Origin: an uncultured bacterium
GTDB taxonomy: Bacteria > CAYJRR01
Length of the DNA: 38,788 nt
Assembly (NCBI GenBank): GCA_964372275.1
Contig: CAYJRR010000031.1
Coordinates: 1 to 38,788, forward strand
Direction of reading: 5' to 3'
Positions 9,195 through 17,093 of this stretch are shown here, in pieces. Position numbers and translations under genes: made by a program. Position 1 is the first letter of the stretch, and each line of letters starts with the position of its first letter. The notes beneath the pieces were generated by a model that saw only the letters and a list, made by a program, of their open reading frames with translations, was not told the DNA's origin and searched no databases.

Positions 9195-10363
9195 TTCTTC
9201 TCGGCCTTGCCCTCGTCGGCGGTTGCGCCCGCGGAACCGGCCCCGCCGACTGCACCCTCGACCGCGTCACCCCATCCGGCCCGGCCGTTCGCATCGACGG
9301 CGGGTCGGCGACCGCCTTCGAATCGCGCATCGCCGCGGTCGGGACGTCGTTCGCGGTCTTCTGGGCCGCGGGCGGGTCGTTGGAGGAGACCGACCTCTTC
9401 GGGCGCGTGGTCGATGCGTCGGGGATTCCCGGATCGCCGGAGACGAGGCTCACGCTCGCCTCCGGGGCGTCGCGTTCCCTGACGGTGGCGGCCGGGAACG
9501 GGACGACCGGCGCCGGCCGGATTGCGCTGGCGTGGCACGACGGGCGGCTGTCGAGGCCGGTGGCAATGGCGGCGGTCGCCGGGCCGCCGTTCGGCAGCCT
9601 CGCCGATCCGGCCGTCCTCCAGGGCCCGGTCGTCGCCGACGATCAGGCCCCCTGGCCGTCGATAGCCGCCGTGGGTACCGGGTTCGTGGCCGTCTGGAAC
9701 GGGCGTGGAGCGGATGGCGTCGACCACCTCTATGCGGTCGGGATCTCCGCCGACGGCTCGACCGTGGGCGAGCCGGCGAGGCTCGACGCCGGCTCGCTCG
9801 ACCGCGCCACCCGGCCGTCCGCGGCCGGGATCGACGGTGGCCTTGCCGTGGTCGACGCCCAGACGCGGGACGGCGCGCCCGTCTCTCCGCAGGTCTACGC
9901 CTACGTCCTCTCGAGCGCCGGCGAGTCGTCCGCCGCGACGTTTGAGACCGGCCGGCCGGCGCGCGAGCCGCGTGTCGCCGCGGCCGGCGCGACCGCTGCC
10001 GCCGTCTGGTGCGAGCCGGAAGGGGAGGGGGAGCGGCTCCGGTTCGGTTCGTTCGTCGCGGACGGGATCGCGGGGATGCGCGTTCTCGCGGAGACCGCCA
10101 CCTGCCCGGCGTCGATCACCGGGGCCGGGGGATCGCTTCTGGTCGCGTGGAACGAGCGACGCGACGGTTCGCGAATCGTCCGCCTGCTGCCGGTCGCCGC
10201 CAACGGACTGCCGAAAGGGGCGGAGCGAGAACTGTTCCGTGGAGACGATCCGGGCGACGCCACGCTCGCCGCCCCCGATGGCGCGTTCAACGGTCGCGCC
10301 GTCGGCGTGACCTGGGTCGACGGCGGTGCCGTCTGGTTCCGGCCGCTCGACTGCCCTCGTTGA
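9143..10363 (+). CDS. Hypothetical lipoprotein with beta-propeller-like repeats (start uncertain, inside repeat)
   Basis: GTG at 9143 gives MRGLRLSVFDFQFPISNFLLGLALVGG-C. Recurring blocks: FAVFW, IALAWHD, FVAVWN, AAAVWC, LLVAWNE, VGVTWVD. Confidence 0.7.
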   Translation: MRGLRLSVFDFQFPISNFLLGLALVGGCARGTGPADCTLDRVTPSGPAVRIDGGSATAFESRIAAVGTSFAVFWAAGGSLEETDLFGRVVDASGIPGSPETRLTLASGASRSLTVAAGNGTTGAGRIALAWHDGRLSRPVAMAAVAGPPFGSLADPAVLQGPVVADDQAPWPSIAAVGTGFVAVWNGRGADGVDHLYAVGISADGSTVGEPARLDAGSLDRATRPSAAGIDGGLAVVDAQTRDGAPVSPQVYAYVLSSAGESSAATFETGRPAREPRVAAAGATAAAVWCEPEGEGERLRFGSFVADGIAGMRVLAETATCPASITGAGGSLLVAWNERRDGSRIVRLLPVAANGLPKGAERELFRGDDPGDATLAAPDGAFNGRAVGVTWVDGGAVWFRPLDCPR

Positions 10364-10574
10364 CCCGATCCCACGTCGGCGTCGACGCGCGTCGTTCGCG
10401 CCCCGGGGGTCACGCCCCCCAAGGCGGGGGCTGGCTCCTTCAGAACGCCTCCTCCTACGGGGGTGTGTATCGTTGGATTTCCGACACGTTGCGCGTCTTT
10501 CGGGCGGCCCGCGGCGGGCATACGGTTCGCAACCAACCGACAACTGTCCGGTATAGAATCAGGGGGGGGCGCCG

Positions 10575-11393
10575 ATGGTTCGATTCTCCAGATCCTGGGT
10601 CGCGGTGTCGGTCGTCGGACTCTTCGCCGTCGGCTGCGGCGAGCCGACGATCCACGACCTCGCGGCGGTCGAAACGGTCGAACCTCCGGAAGACGTGCCC
10701 GAGACCGGTTCGTTCACCCTCTCCGCCGACGGCGCGAAGACGCTCGACCTCGACCAGGAGGTCGCGGTCGCATTCACCTTGACGCCGCTCAACGGATACA
10801 CCGGTGAGGTCGCGGTGTCGCTCCCGACCAATCCGTCCGGCGCGCGCGCGGTTTCAGTGGTGGTACCGCTCTTCGGTTCACCGGTCACGGGTCAGATCGT
10901 CGTCGACACCAAGGACGTGCGGAACGTGTTTCCCGGACGGCACGAGCTTCCCGTGCAGGCGGTCTCCGGGGACCAGTCGTCGCAGTCGATCCTTTCGTTG
11001 ACGATCGAGCCGCGGATCACGATCGGCATCCCGGCCGGAGCGGGGAACGCGAGTCGTTCCGACGTGTGGGGCCCGGACGCGACGGGGGACGGCCTCGTCG
11101 TCCACATGGGGCGAACGGCGACCGGCGAGATCAACACCGACTTCGTGGTGCGTTGGCGCAACGACGACGGCGTCGCCCACATCATTCACGGCGGCGGAAC
11201 GGCGGCGGAGATCGGGCTGGGACACGGACCCAACGGCGATACGAACGCCGACCCGGGCCAGACGCAGCAGCGGACGCTTCGGCCCGAGCTCGACCCGTCG
11301 GATCCCACCGCGTCCTATCTCGTGCAGCCGTCCGACTTCTACTGCCACAGCCACGGCACGGGTCAGCGCGGAAAGATCCGCCTGCTCCATTGA
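10575..11393 (+). CDS. Lipoprotein with Ig-like region and C-terminal cupredoxin-like domain
   Basis: Lipobox FAVG-C; C-terminal VVRWRNDDGVAHIIHG...FYCHSHGTGQRGKI. Confidence 0.75.
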   Translation: MVRFSRSWVAVSVVGLFAVGCGEPTIHDLAAVETVEPPEDVPETGSFTLSADGAKTLDLDQEVAVAFTLTPLNGYTGEVAVSLPTNPSGARAVSVVVPLFGSPVTGQIVVDTKDVRNVFPGRHELPVQAVSGDQSSQSILSLTIEPRITIGIPAGAGNASRSDVWGPDATGDGLVVHMGRTATGEINTDFVVRWRNDDGVAHIIHGGGTAAEIGLGHGPNGDTNADPGQTQQRTLRPELDPSDPTASYLVQPSDFYCHSHGTGQRGKIRLLH

Positions 11394-11551
11394 CCGGGGA
11401 TCCCGCACAGGCATCGAGGCAGCCCGACGGGGGTCCGATCGGCGCCCCTTTTCGGCCGTCGGTACCCGCTTTTCGGCGTGCGCGGCGTGACGGCGATCGC
11501 ACTGGGACGTTCGATCTCCGTCGGATCGCGGCGTTGCGATGTGATCGCCGA

Positions 11552-11567
11552 CGGTACCCGCCTTGCT
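11552..11567 (+). promoter_or_regulatory. sigma54 promoter candidate
   Basis: CGGTACCCGCCTTGCT (GG-N10-GC, TTGCT) about 40 nt upstream of 11606. Confidence 0.55.
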
Positions 11568-11605
11568 GCCTCCCTTCGTCGAACGTCGCACGAAGGGGAA
11601 AGGCC

Positions 11606-12127
11606 ATGAAAACGATGCGAAGCCGAGGGGTCCGACTCGCCGTCCCGGCGGTCGCCGCGCTTCTGCTCGGTGGCTGCAACGACGGAACGTTCGAAGATCT
11701 GGCGCTGGCCGAGACGGCGCCCGACGCCCCCGGAGAGCCGCCGTCTCTCGACCTTCGGGACGGGGAGGACGGGGACGACGACGGCGACGGATTCTCCGAC
11801 GAGGACGACCACCTCCCGTGCGCGACGTACCTGCTCGAAGTGGCGAATCGCCACGTCTCCAGCGCGTCGGTCGTCCTGAACGGAGAGGAGATCGTGCCGC
11901 CCAGCTTCTTCCCGACGCCCGCCGTCTACCGGGGGCCGATCAACGTGCACGTCGGGGTGAACGTGCTGACGCTCGGCGGGAGACTGGCCGGGAGCCCCGA
12001 GGACGAGCTTCGACTGACCGTTCTCGACGGCGACGAGGCGATCGTCTTCGAGGCGGTGCTGGTCCGTGAGAAGGGCCGGCCGACGACGGCGGAGATGAGT
12101 TTCGAGATCGACGCTGCCTGCGAATAG
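11606..12127 (+). CDS. Hypothetical lipoprotein with acidic DxDGDG Ca-binding-like motif
   Basis: Lipobox LLGG-C; DGDDDGDGFSDEDD; AAGGGGAAAGG upstream. Confidence 0.75.
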   Translation: MKTMRSRGVRLAVPAVAALLLGGCNDGTFEDLALAETAPDAPGEPPSLDLRDGEDGDDDGDGFSDEDDHLPCATYLLEVANRHVSSASVVLNGEEIVPPSFFPTPAVYRGPINVHVGVNVLTLGGRLAGSPEDELRLTVLDGDEAIVFEAVLVREKGRPTTAEMSFEIDAACE

Positions 12128-12172
12128 CGGTCGACGCGTCGCGCCCCTCCTGGGACGCCGGACCCGTGGCGG

Positions 12173-12895
12173 TTACGGCACCGGCCGGAGCGCCTTGGCC
12201 TGCTCTTCCGGAAGGACTTCCGGATCGGGCAGGACCTTTCCATCGCGCGCGACGCGCCACCGCGTCGCGGGACGCCCGGCCTCGAAGACCGCGTAGTAGA
12301 CCTGCTCCAGGCCGCCGGCGGGAACCTTTCCGCCGGCACGAATCGCGTCTCCCACGAAGAGCTCCAGCCCGTTCACCGGCACGACGGCGTAGTGCTCCCC
12401 CCCTTGCGCTTCCGGCGCGGGCCGGGCCGCTTCGATCTTCGACTCCACCACGTCGACGCGCCGTCGGTTCGCCGCGAGCCAGGTCGATCGCACCCGCTCG
12501 CCGCGCAGGAAAAGCCCGTAGTAGCCGACCTGCTGCGCGTCGTCGAGCAGCACGGTCAGCGCGGCCCCCGAGGCGCGCGAAACATGAAGCGCGAGGACGT
12601 CGTGCCACAGCGGCGTGCCCAGTGCCTCGTCGTCGGGAAGGGCGACCTCGGCCGGAGTCGGATTCGGGATCTCGGAGGACCCTCCCTCGATCGACAGCTC
12701 GAGGAAGTGAACTTCGCCCGGATCGACCGAACGGCCCGGAAAGAGGGACGGAAGGTCGATCGATGCGACCTGCCGAAGGGCCAAGGTTCCGCCGGCGGCC
12801 GCGAGTCGCCCGAGCTCCTCTTGCACCAACGTCTGGAGATCGCGCGCGGTCAGCGGCCTTCCGCGGTAGGCGACGATCGAAAGGACCGAAGACAT
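12173..12895 (-). CDS. Hypothetical cytoplasmic protein
   Basis: 240-aa ORF starting MSSVLSIVAYRG, with typical codon usage; TGC-TATTCT 10 nt upstream. Confidence 0.7.
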   Translation of the reverse strand: MSSVLSIVAYRGRPLTARDLQTLVQEELGRLAAAGGTLALRQVASIDLPSLFPGRSVDPGEVHFLELSIEGGSSEIPNPTPAEVALPDDEALGTPLWHDVLALHVSRASGAALTVLLDDAQQVGYYGLFLRGERVRSTWLAANRRRVDVVESKIEAARPAPEAQGGEHYAVVPVNGLELFVGDAIRAGGKVPAGGLEQVYYAVFEAGRPATRWRVARDGKVLPDPEVLPEEQAKALRPVP

Positions 12896-12936
12896 TCTGA
12901 AAACAAGAATAGCAGATCCGACGCGCCAGCAGGGGG

Positions 12937-13007
12937 TTCGGGGGAGGCCCCCGAGGAGCCCGAAGGGCGTGCCGATTCGGGGGAGGCCCCCGAGGAGCCC
13001 GAAGGGC
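12937..13007. repeat. Tandem REP-like hairpin repeat (2 x 32 bp, period 39)
   Basis: ttcgggggaggcccccgaggagcccgaagggc at 12937-12968 and 12976-13007. Each unit has the stems tcggggg/cccccga and gccc-gaa-gggc. Confidence 0.9.
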
Positions 13008-13026
13008 ATGCTAGCGTCCGGTCGCC

Positions 13027-14025
13027 GTGGCCGAGCCCTTTCCGACCGACTACTTCGTCGCTTGGCACCCGGCCCGTCCGGGTGGCCGGTTGGACGACGA
13101 GATCCGGCGTCGCGTGCCGGCGCTCGGACGGGAGCGGTTGAAGGAAGCGTTCGCCGGAGACCGGGTGACGCGCTCCGGGCGCCCGGCCGATCCCGGAGCG
13201 GCCGTCGACCCGCCCTCGCGGATCGAGGTCACGGTCACCGACGAAGACGCCGGTCGCCATCGGGCGACCGGGCGCGCCGGCGACGGGTTCTTCCTGCTCT
13301 ACCGCGACGACGACCTGCTCCTCGTCGACAAGGAGGCGGGGGTGCTCACCGTCCCCACCGACGAGGCGGCGCGCGCCGGATCGGGGACGAGCGGCGAGCG
13401 AACGCTGGTGGAGCGGGTGGCGGCCGCTGCCGGACACAAGGTGATCCCGGTTCATCGGCTCGACCGCTTCACCAGCGGCATCCTGGTGATGGCGCGGCAC
13501 CCGGCCGCGCGCGCCCGCCTCGTCCGGCAGTTCGCCGAGCATTCGATCGTGCGCCGCTATTGGGCGTTCACCCGCGGCGTCCCGACCCCGAGGGCCGGGA
13601 CGTTTCGGTCGTTCCTGGTCTCCGATCGGAGGCGGGTGCAGCGGGTGGTCGCCGCCGGTCGGGGAGGGGAGCTCGCGATCACCCACTACGAGGTGGTCGA
13701 GACGCTCGGGGAGATCGCCGTCGTCCAGGTGGCGCTCGAGACCGGCCGCCGGAACCAGATCCGCGTGCAGTTCGCGGAAGCGGGATGGCCGCTGGTCGGC
13801 GAGCACCGCTACGGAGCGGCGAAAGACGAGACCTTCGCCCGGCAGGCGTTGCACGCGGCGGAACTGGAGCTGCGCCATCCGCGCGACGGGTCGCCGCTGT
13901 CGGCGGCGAGTCCGTTGCCGGAGGACATGCGGCGGTTCCTCGAGAGGGCGCGACGCCGCGCGCAGCGGGGTGAAGAGAGCGGAAAATTGAAAATGGAAAA
14001 TGGAAAACCGGCCAATGGAAAATGA
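13027..14025 (+). CDS. RluA-family RNA pseudouridine synthase
   Basis: VDKEAGVLTVP, VHRLDRFTSG (catalytic Asp), LETGRRNQIRVQF, RQALHAAEL; degenerate S4-like N-terminus. The last ~13 codons and the stop lie in repeat copy 4. Confidence 0.93.
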   Translation: MAEPFPTDYFVAWHPARPGGRLDDEIRRRVPALGRERLKEAFAGDRVTRSGRPADPGAAVDPPSRIEVTVTDEDAGRHRATGRAGDGFFLLYRDDDLLLVDKEAGVLTVPTDEAARAGSGTSGERTLVERVAAAAGHKVIPVHRLDRFTSGILVMARHPAARARLVRQFAEHSIVRRYWAFTRGVPTPRAGTFRSFLVSDRRRVQRVVAAGRGGELAITHYEVVETLGEIAVVQVALETGRRNQIRVQFAEAGWPLVGEHRYGAAKDETFARQALHAAELELRHPRDGSPLSAASPLPEDMRRFLERARRRAQRGEESGKLKMENGKPANGK

Positions 14026-14063
14026 TCGGCCGTTGGCCGGTTGTCCATTTTCCATTTTCCATT
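13986..14063. repeat. Heptamer-armed palindromic element, copy 4
   Basis: Matches 1401-1478 at 74 of 78 positions; lies at the junction of the convergent RluA and deaminase genes. Confidence 0.92.
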
Positions 14064-14072
14064 TCGCCGGTC

Positions 14073-15104
14073 CTAGCCTTCGACGAAGGTGGAGCGGCGC
14101 GCGGTGGCGAAGCAGGCCGCGATCTTCTCCGCCGAGAGGATGCCGTTGCCCAGCAGCAGCTGAACCTCGCTCCGCATGTTGGTGCGCAGCAGGTACGGAC
14201 CGTCGGTGTTGATCGTGAACGGGATCTTCCGGTCGTGGAAGGTGCCGAGGATGTGCGCCATCTCGGTCAGGCTCTCCACCGCGTGGGTGTGGAGGTTCGA
14301 CGTCGGGCAGATCTCGAGCACCACGCCGTTCGCGCCGATGGCGTCGAGCGCCGCTTCGTTGTAGGCGGCGCGGATCCCGTGCCCGATCCGGTCGGGCTTC
14401 AGGTGCCGGATCGCCGCCACCACCCCTTCGCCGTTGGTGGCGGTCGTCTCACCGGTGTGGATCGTCGTGCGCAGCCCCGCGTCCCGCGCCCGCGCGTACA
14501 TCGTGGCGTAGCGCTTGACCTCCTCGTTCAGCTCGTTCTTGCGCGACTCCGGGCCGGCGAGGTCGATGCCGATCACCCCCCGGCCCCGGTACTTGATCGC
14601 CTTCTCGACGATGATCTCGTTGAGCCGGACGTCGAACTCGCGGGCCAGGCAGAAGATGAGTCCGGCGCGGACGCCGTACTCCAGGCAGGCCCGATCCATC
14701 CCGACCAGCGACGCGAGGATGATGTGGTCGAGGTCCCGCTCGCCGCCCAGATTGCGCTTCATCGGGTTGAAGCGCAGCTCGATCAGGTCGACGCGCGAGC
14801 TGCGATACTCCTTGCCGATCACCTCGTAGATCGCCCGCTCCATCGCCGCCGGCGAGCTCTGGATCATCTCGGTCTCGTGCATGATCGCCAGGTACTCCTC
14901 GAGGTTTTTCACCTTCTCGGGGGAGCTGGTGATCCGCTCGACGAACTCCCAGTAGGTCTTCACCGGGAGCTTGATCCCCTGCTGGTGGGCGATCGAATAC
15001 ATGATGTGCGGCGCGACGGCCCCACCGACGTGGATGTGCAGGTCCGAGAGGAAGTCGGGGACCGCGGCCGCGGGGTTCGCCCCGGGACTCGGGGAGCTGG
15101 ACAT
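14073..15104 (-). CDS. Adenosine deaminase family protein (atypical active-site residues)
   Basis: DLHIHVGG, ELRFNP, GIDLAGPE, HTGE, RIGHG, EICPTSN, INTDGP. Confidence 0.9.
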   Translation of the reverse strand: MSSSPSPGANPAAAVPDFLSDLHIHVGGAVAPHIMYSIAHQQGIKLPVKTYWEFVERITSSPEKVKNLEEYLAIMHETEMIQSSPAAMERAIYEVIGKEYRSSRVDLIELRFNPMKRNLGGERDLDHIILASLVGMDRACLEYGVRAGLIFCLAREFDVRLNEIIVEKAIKYRGRGVIGIDLAGPESRKNELNEEVKRYATMYARARDAGLRTTIHTGETTATNGEGVVAAIRHLKPDRIGHGIRAAYNEAALDAIGANGVVLEICPTSNLHTHAVESLTEMAHILGTFHDRKIPFTINTDGPYLLRTNMRSEVQLLLGNGILSAEKIAACFATARRSTFVEG

Positions 15105-15156
15105 GGCGAGGGACCCTAGCAGATCCCTCGCCCTCCCGACAGGATTGCCCTCGGTC

Positions 15157-15756
15157 CTAGAACAACGCCCCGAGGCGGGCGGTGGCGGCCCAGGACTGGG
15201 CGACGGTGGCGTCCTCGTCGGCGATCACCTCGTCGTCGAACAGCCAGCGGTAGGTGAAGCGGCCCCCGAGCGTCACGTTGGGGGCCAGGTCGATCTGAAT
15301 CCCGGCGGCCGCCGGGACGGCGATGTCGGTGCTGTCGTTGAACTGTGCGCGCGCCTCGTCGATGTCGGTCACCACGGCGTGGTTGTGGACGCCGATGCCG
15401 GCCGCGACGAACGGGCGGACGGGCGAAGGCAGACTGGCGCGGATCATCGCCTCGCCTCCGGTCGTCAGCAGCCGGGCGTCCTCGTCGGCCACGGCGTCGA
15501 GGTCGTTCATCGCGCCGATGTAGGCCACTTCGAGCCCGACCGGCGAGCGCACCCCGAAGACGGCGCGCACGTCCCAGCCCGCGCCCGGATCGGTGGCGCG
15601 GTCCAGACCCTGGGTGAAGTCGGAGACGCCCAAGCCCACTTCGAGGCTCGTGACCGGCTCGCGCTCCTCGATGATCACGCGCGTCTCCTCCTGCGCCCAC
15701 GCCGCGGCCGGTGCGAGCAGGAGCGATGCGACGCTCAACAGGCACTTCGTCTTCAT
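15157..15756 (-). CDS. Outer-membrane beta-barrel protein (OmpA-like TM domain)
   Basis: Signal peptide ending AWA-Q; alternating beta strands, VRPFVAAGIG, C-terminal RLGALF; AAGGAGG RBS. Confidence 0.85.
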   Translation of the reverse strand: MKTKCLLSVASLLLAPAAAWAQEETRVIIEEREPVTSLEVGLGVSDFTQGLDRATDPGAGWDVRAVFGVRSPVGLEVAYIGAMNDLDAVADEDARLLTTGGEAMIRASLPSPVRPFVAAGIGVHNHAVVTDIDEARAQFNDSTDIAVPAAAGIQIDLAPNVTLGGRFTYRWLFDDEVIADEDATVAQSWAATARLGALF

Positions 15757-15812
15757 GGATGCCTCCTTCGCCGTTTCCCAGTACGATCGGTCGCCAGGAG
15801 GTCAAGCGCTCC

Positions 15813-17084
15813 ATGCGCGGAACGATCACCAGCCGGAGCGCGATCGTCTGGATCCTGACCGGGCTGAACCTCTTCAACTACCTCGACCGCTACGTCGTCA
15901 CGGCGGTCAGCCCGAAGATCCAGGAGTCGCTCGACCTCTCCGATTTCCAGATCGGCATCGTCCTTTCGGCGTTCATGCTCGGCTACTTCCTGACGAGCCC
16001 GGTCTTCGGGTGGCTCGGGGACCGCGGGCCGCGCCGCGGCCTGATCGCGGCCGGCGTCCTGCTGTGGAGCCTGGCGACCGCGGCGTCGGGGCTGGCGCGG
16101 GGCTTCTGGGCGATGGTGGCGACGCGGCTGTTCGTCGGCGTGGGGGAGGCGAGTTACGCCACGATCTCGCCGACGATCATCGACGACCTCACCACGCCGG
16201 CGACCAAGAGCCGCTGGCTGTCGCTCTTCTTCGCCGCGATCCCGGTCGGTTCGGCGGCCGGGTTCGCGCTCGGCGGCTTCCTCGAGCATCACTGGGGCTG
16301 GCGGAGCGCCTTCTTCGTGGCGGGTCTTCCCGGGATCCTGCTCGCCCTCCTGGTGTCGCGGATCGCCGAGCCGGCCCGAACCGCCCGCGTGGAAGGGACG
16401 GGGGATCGGGAAGCTCCCCGAGGGGGCGCGAAGGCGCGGACCTCCGGGTACGGGGCGCTGCTCCGGATCCCCGCCTACCGTTCGGCGGTGCTCGGCTACA
16501 CCGCCTACACCTTCGCGCTCGGGGGGTTTGCCGCCTGGGCGCCGAAGTACCTCTACGCGGTGCTGCGGATGGAGCTGAGGACGGCCGACTTCTGGTTCGG
16601 CGCGCTGCTCGCCGCGGCAGGCTTCGCCGGGACGGCCGCGGGGGGTTGGCTGGGCGATGCCTTCCCCGGCGCCGACCGGGTGCGGGCGAACTTGCGGGTC
16701 TGCGCGATCGTGACGCTCCTCGCGGCGCCGCTCGCCGCCCTCTGCCTGGTCGCGGGGTCGCCGGTCGCCTTCTTCGCCGCGTTCGGCGCGACCGCCTTCC
16801 TCCTGTTCACCGCGACGGCGCCGGTCAACGCCGTGATCCTCCAGTCGGTGCCGCCGAGCTTGCGCGCCACGGCGATGGCGATGAGCATCTTCACCATCCA
16901 TCTTCTGGGGGACCTGATCTCGCCGCCGTTGATCGGAGCCGTTTCGGACGCCGCCGGATCGCTGCGGACGGCGATGTTCGTCCTGCCGGTGGCGATCGCG
17001 GTGGGGGCGGCGATCTGGGGGATCGGTTCGGCGACCACGACCGCCGCGGCGCCCAAGGTGGAGGCGCCGGGTCTCGGGGCCTAG
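15813..17084 (+). CDS. MFS transporter, Spinster-like
   Basis: LNLFNYLDRY, FGWLGDRGPRR, RLFVGVGEASY, IHLLGD; about 12 TMs; AGGAGG upstream. Confidence 0.9.
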   Translation: MRGTITSRSAIVWILTGLNLFNYLDRYVVTAVSPKIQESLDLSDFQIGIVLSAFMLGYFLTSPVFGWLGDRGPRRGLIAAGVLLWSLATAASGLARGFWAMVATRLFVGVGEASYATISPTIIDDLTTPATKSRWLSLFFAAIPVGSAAGFALGGFLEHHWGWRSAFFVAGLPGILLALLVSRIAEPARTARVEGTGDREAPRGGAKARTSGYGALLRIPAYRSAVLGYTAYTFALGGFAAWAPKYLYAVLRMELRTADFWFGALLAAAGFAGTAAGGWLGDAFPGADRVRANLRVCAIVTLLAAPLAALCLVAGSPVAFFAAFGATAFLLFTATAPVNAVILQSVPPSLRATAMAMSIFTIHLLGDLISPPLIGAVSDAAGSLRTAMFVLPVAIAVGAAIWGIGSATTTAAAPKVEAPGLGA

Positions 17085-17093
17085 AGAGGGCGT

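Noticed and set aside
10364-10574. GC-rich hairpin-containing intergenic region as a tRNA or riboswitch
   Set aside because: I could not identify a cloverleaf, T-loop or aptamer consensus; an Rfam scan would be needed.
12937-13007. Possible mini-CRISPR array
   Set aside because: Only two repeats with a 7-nt gap, and no cas genes in the window.
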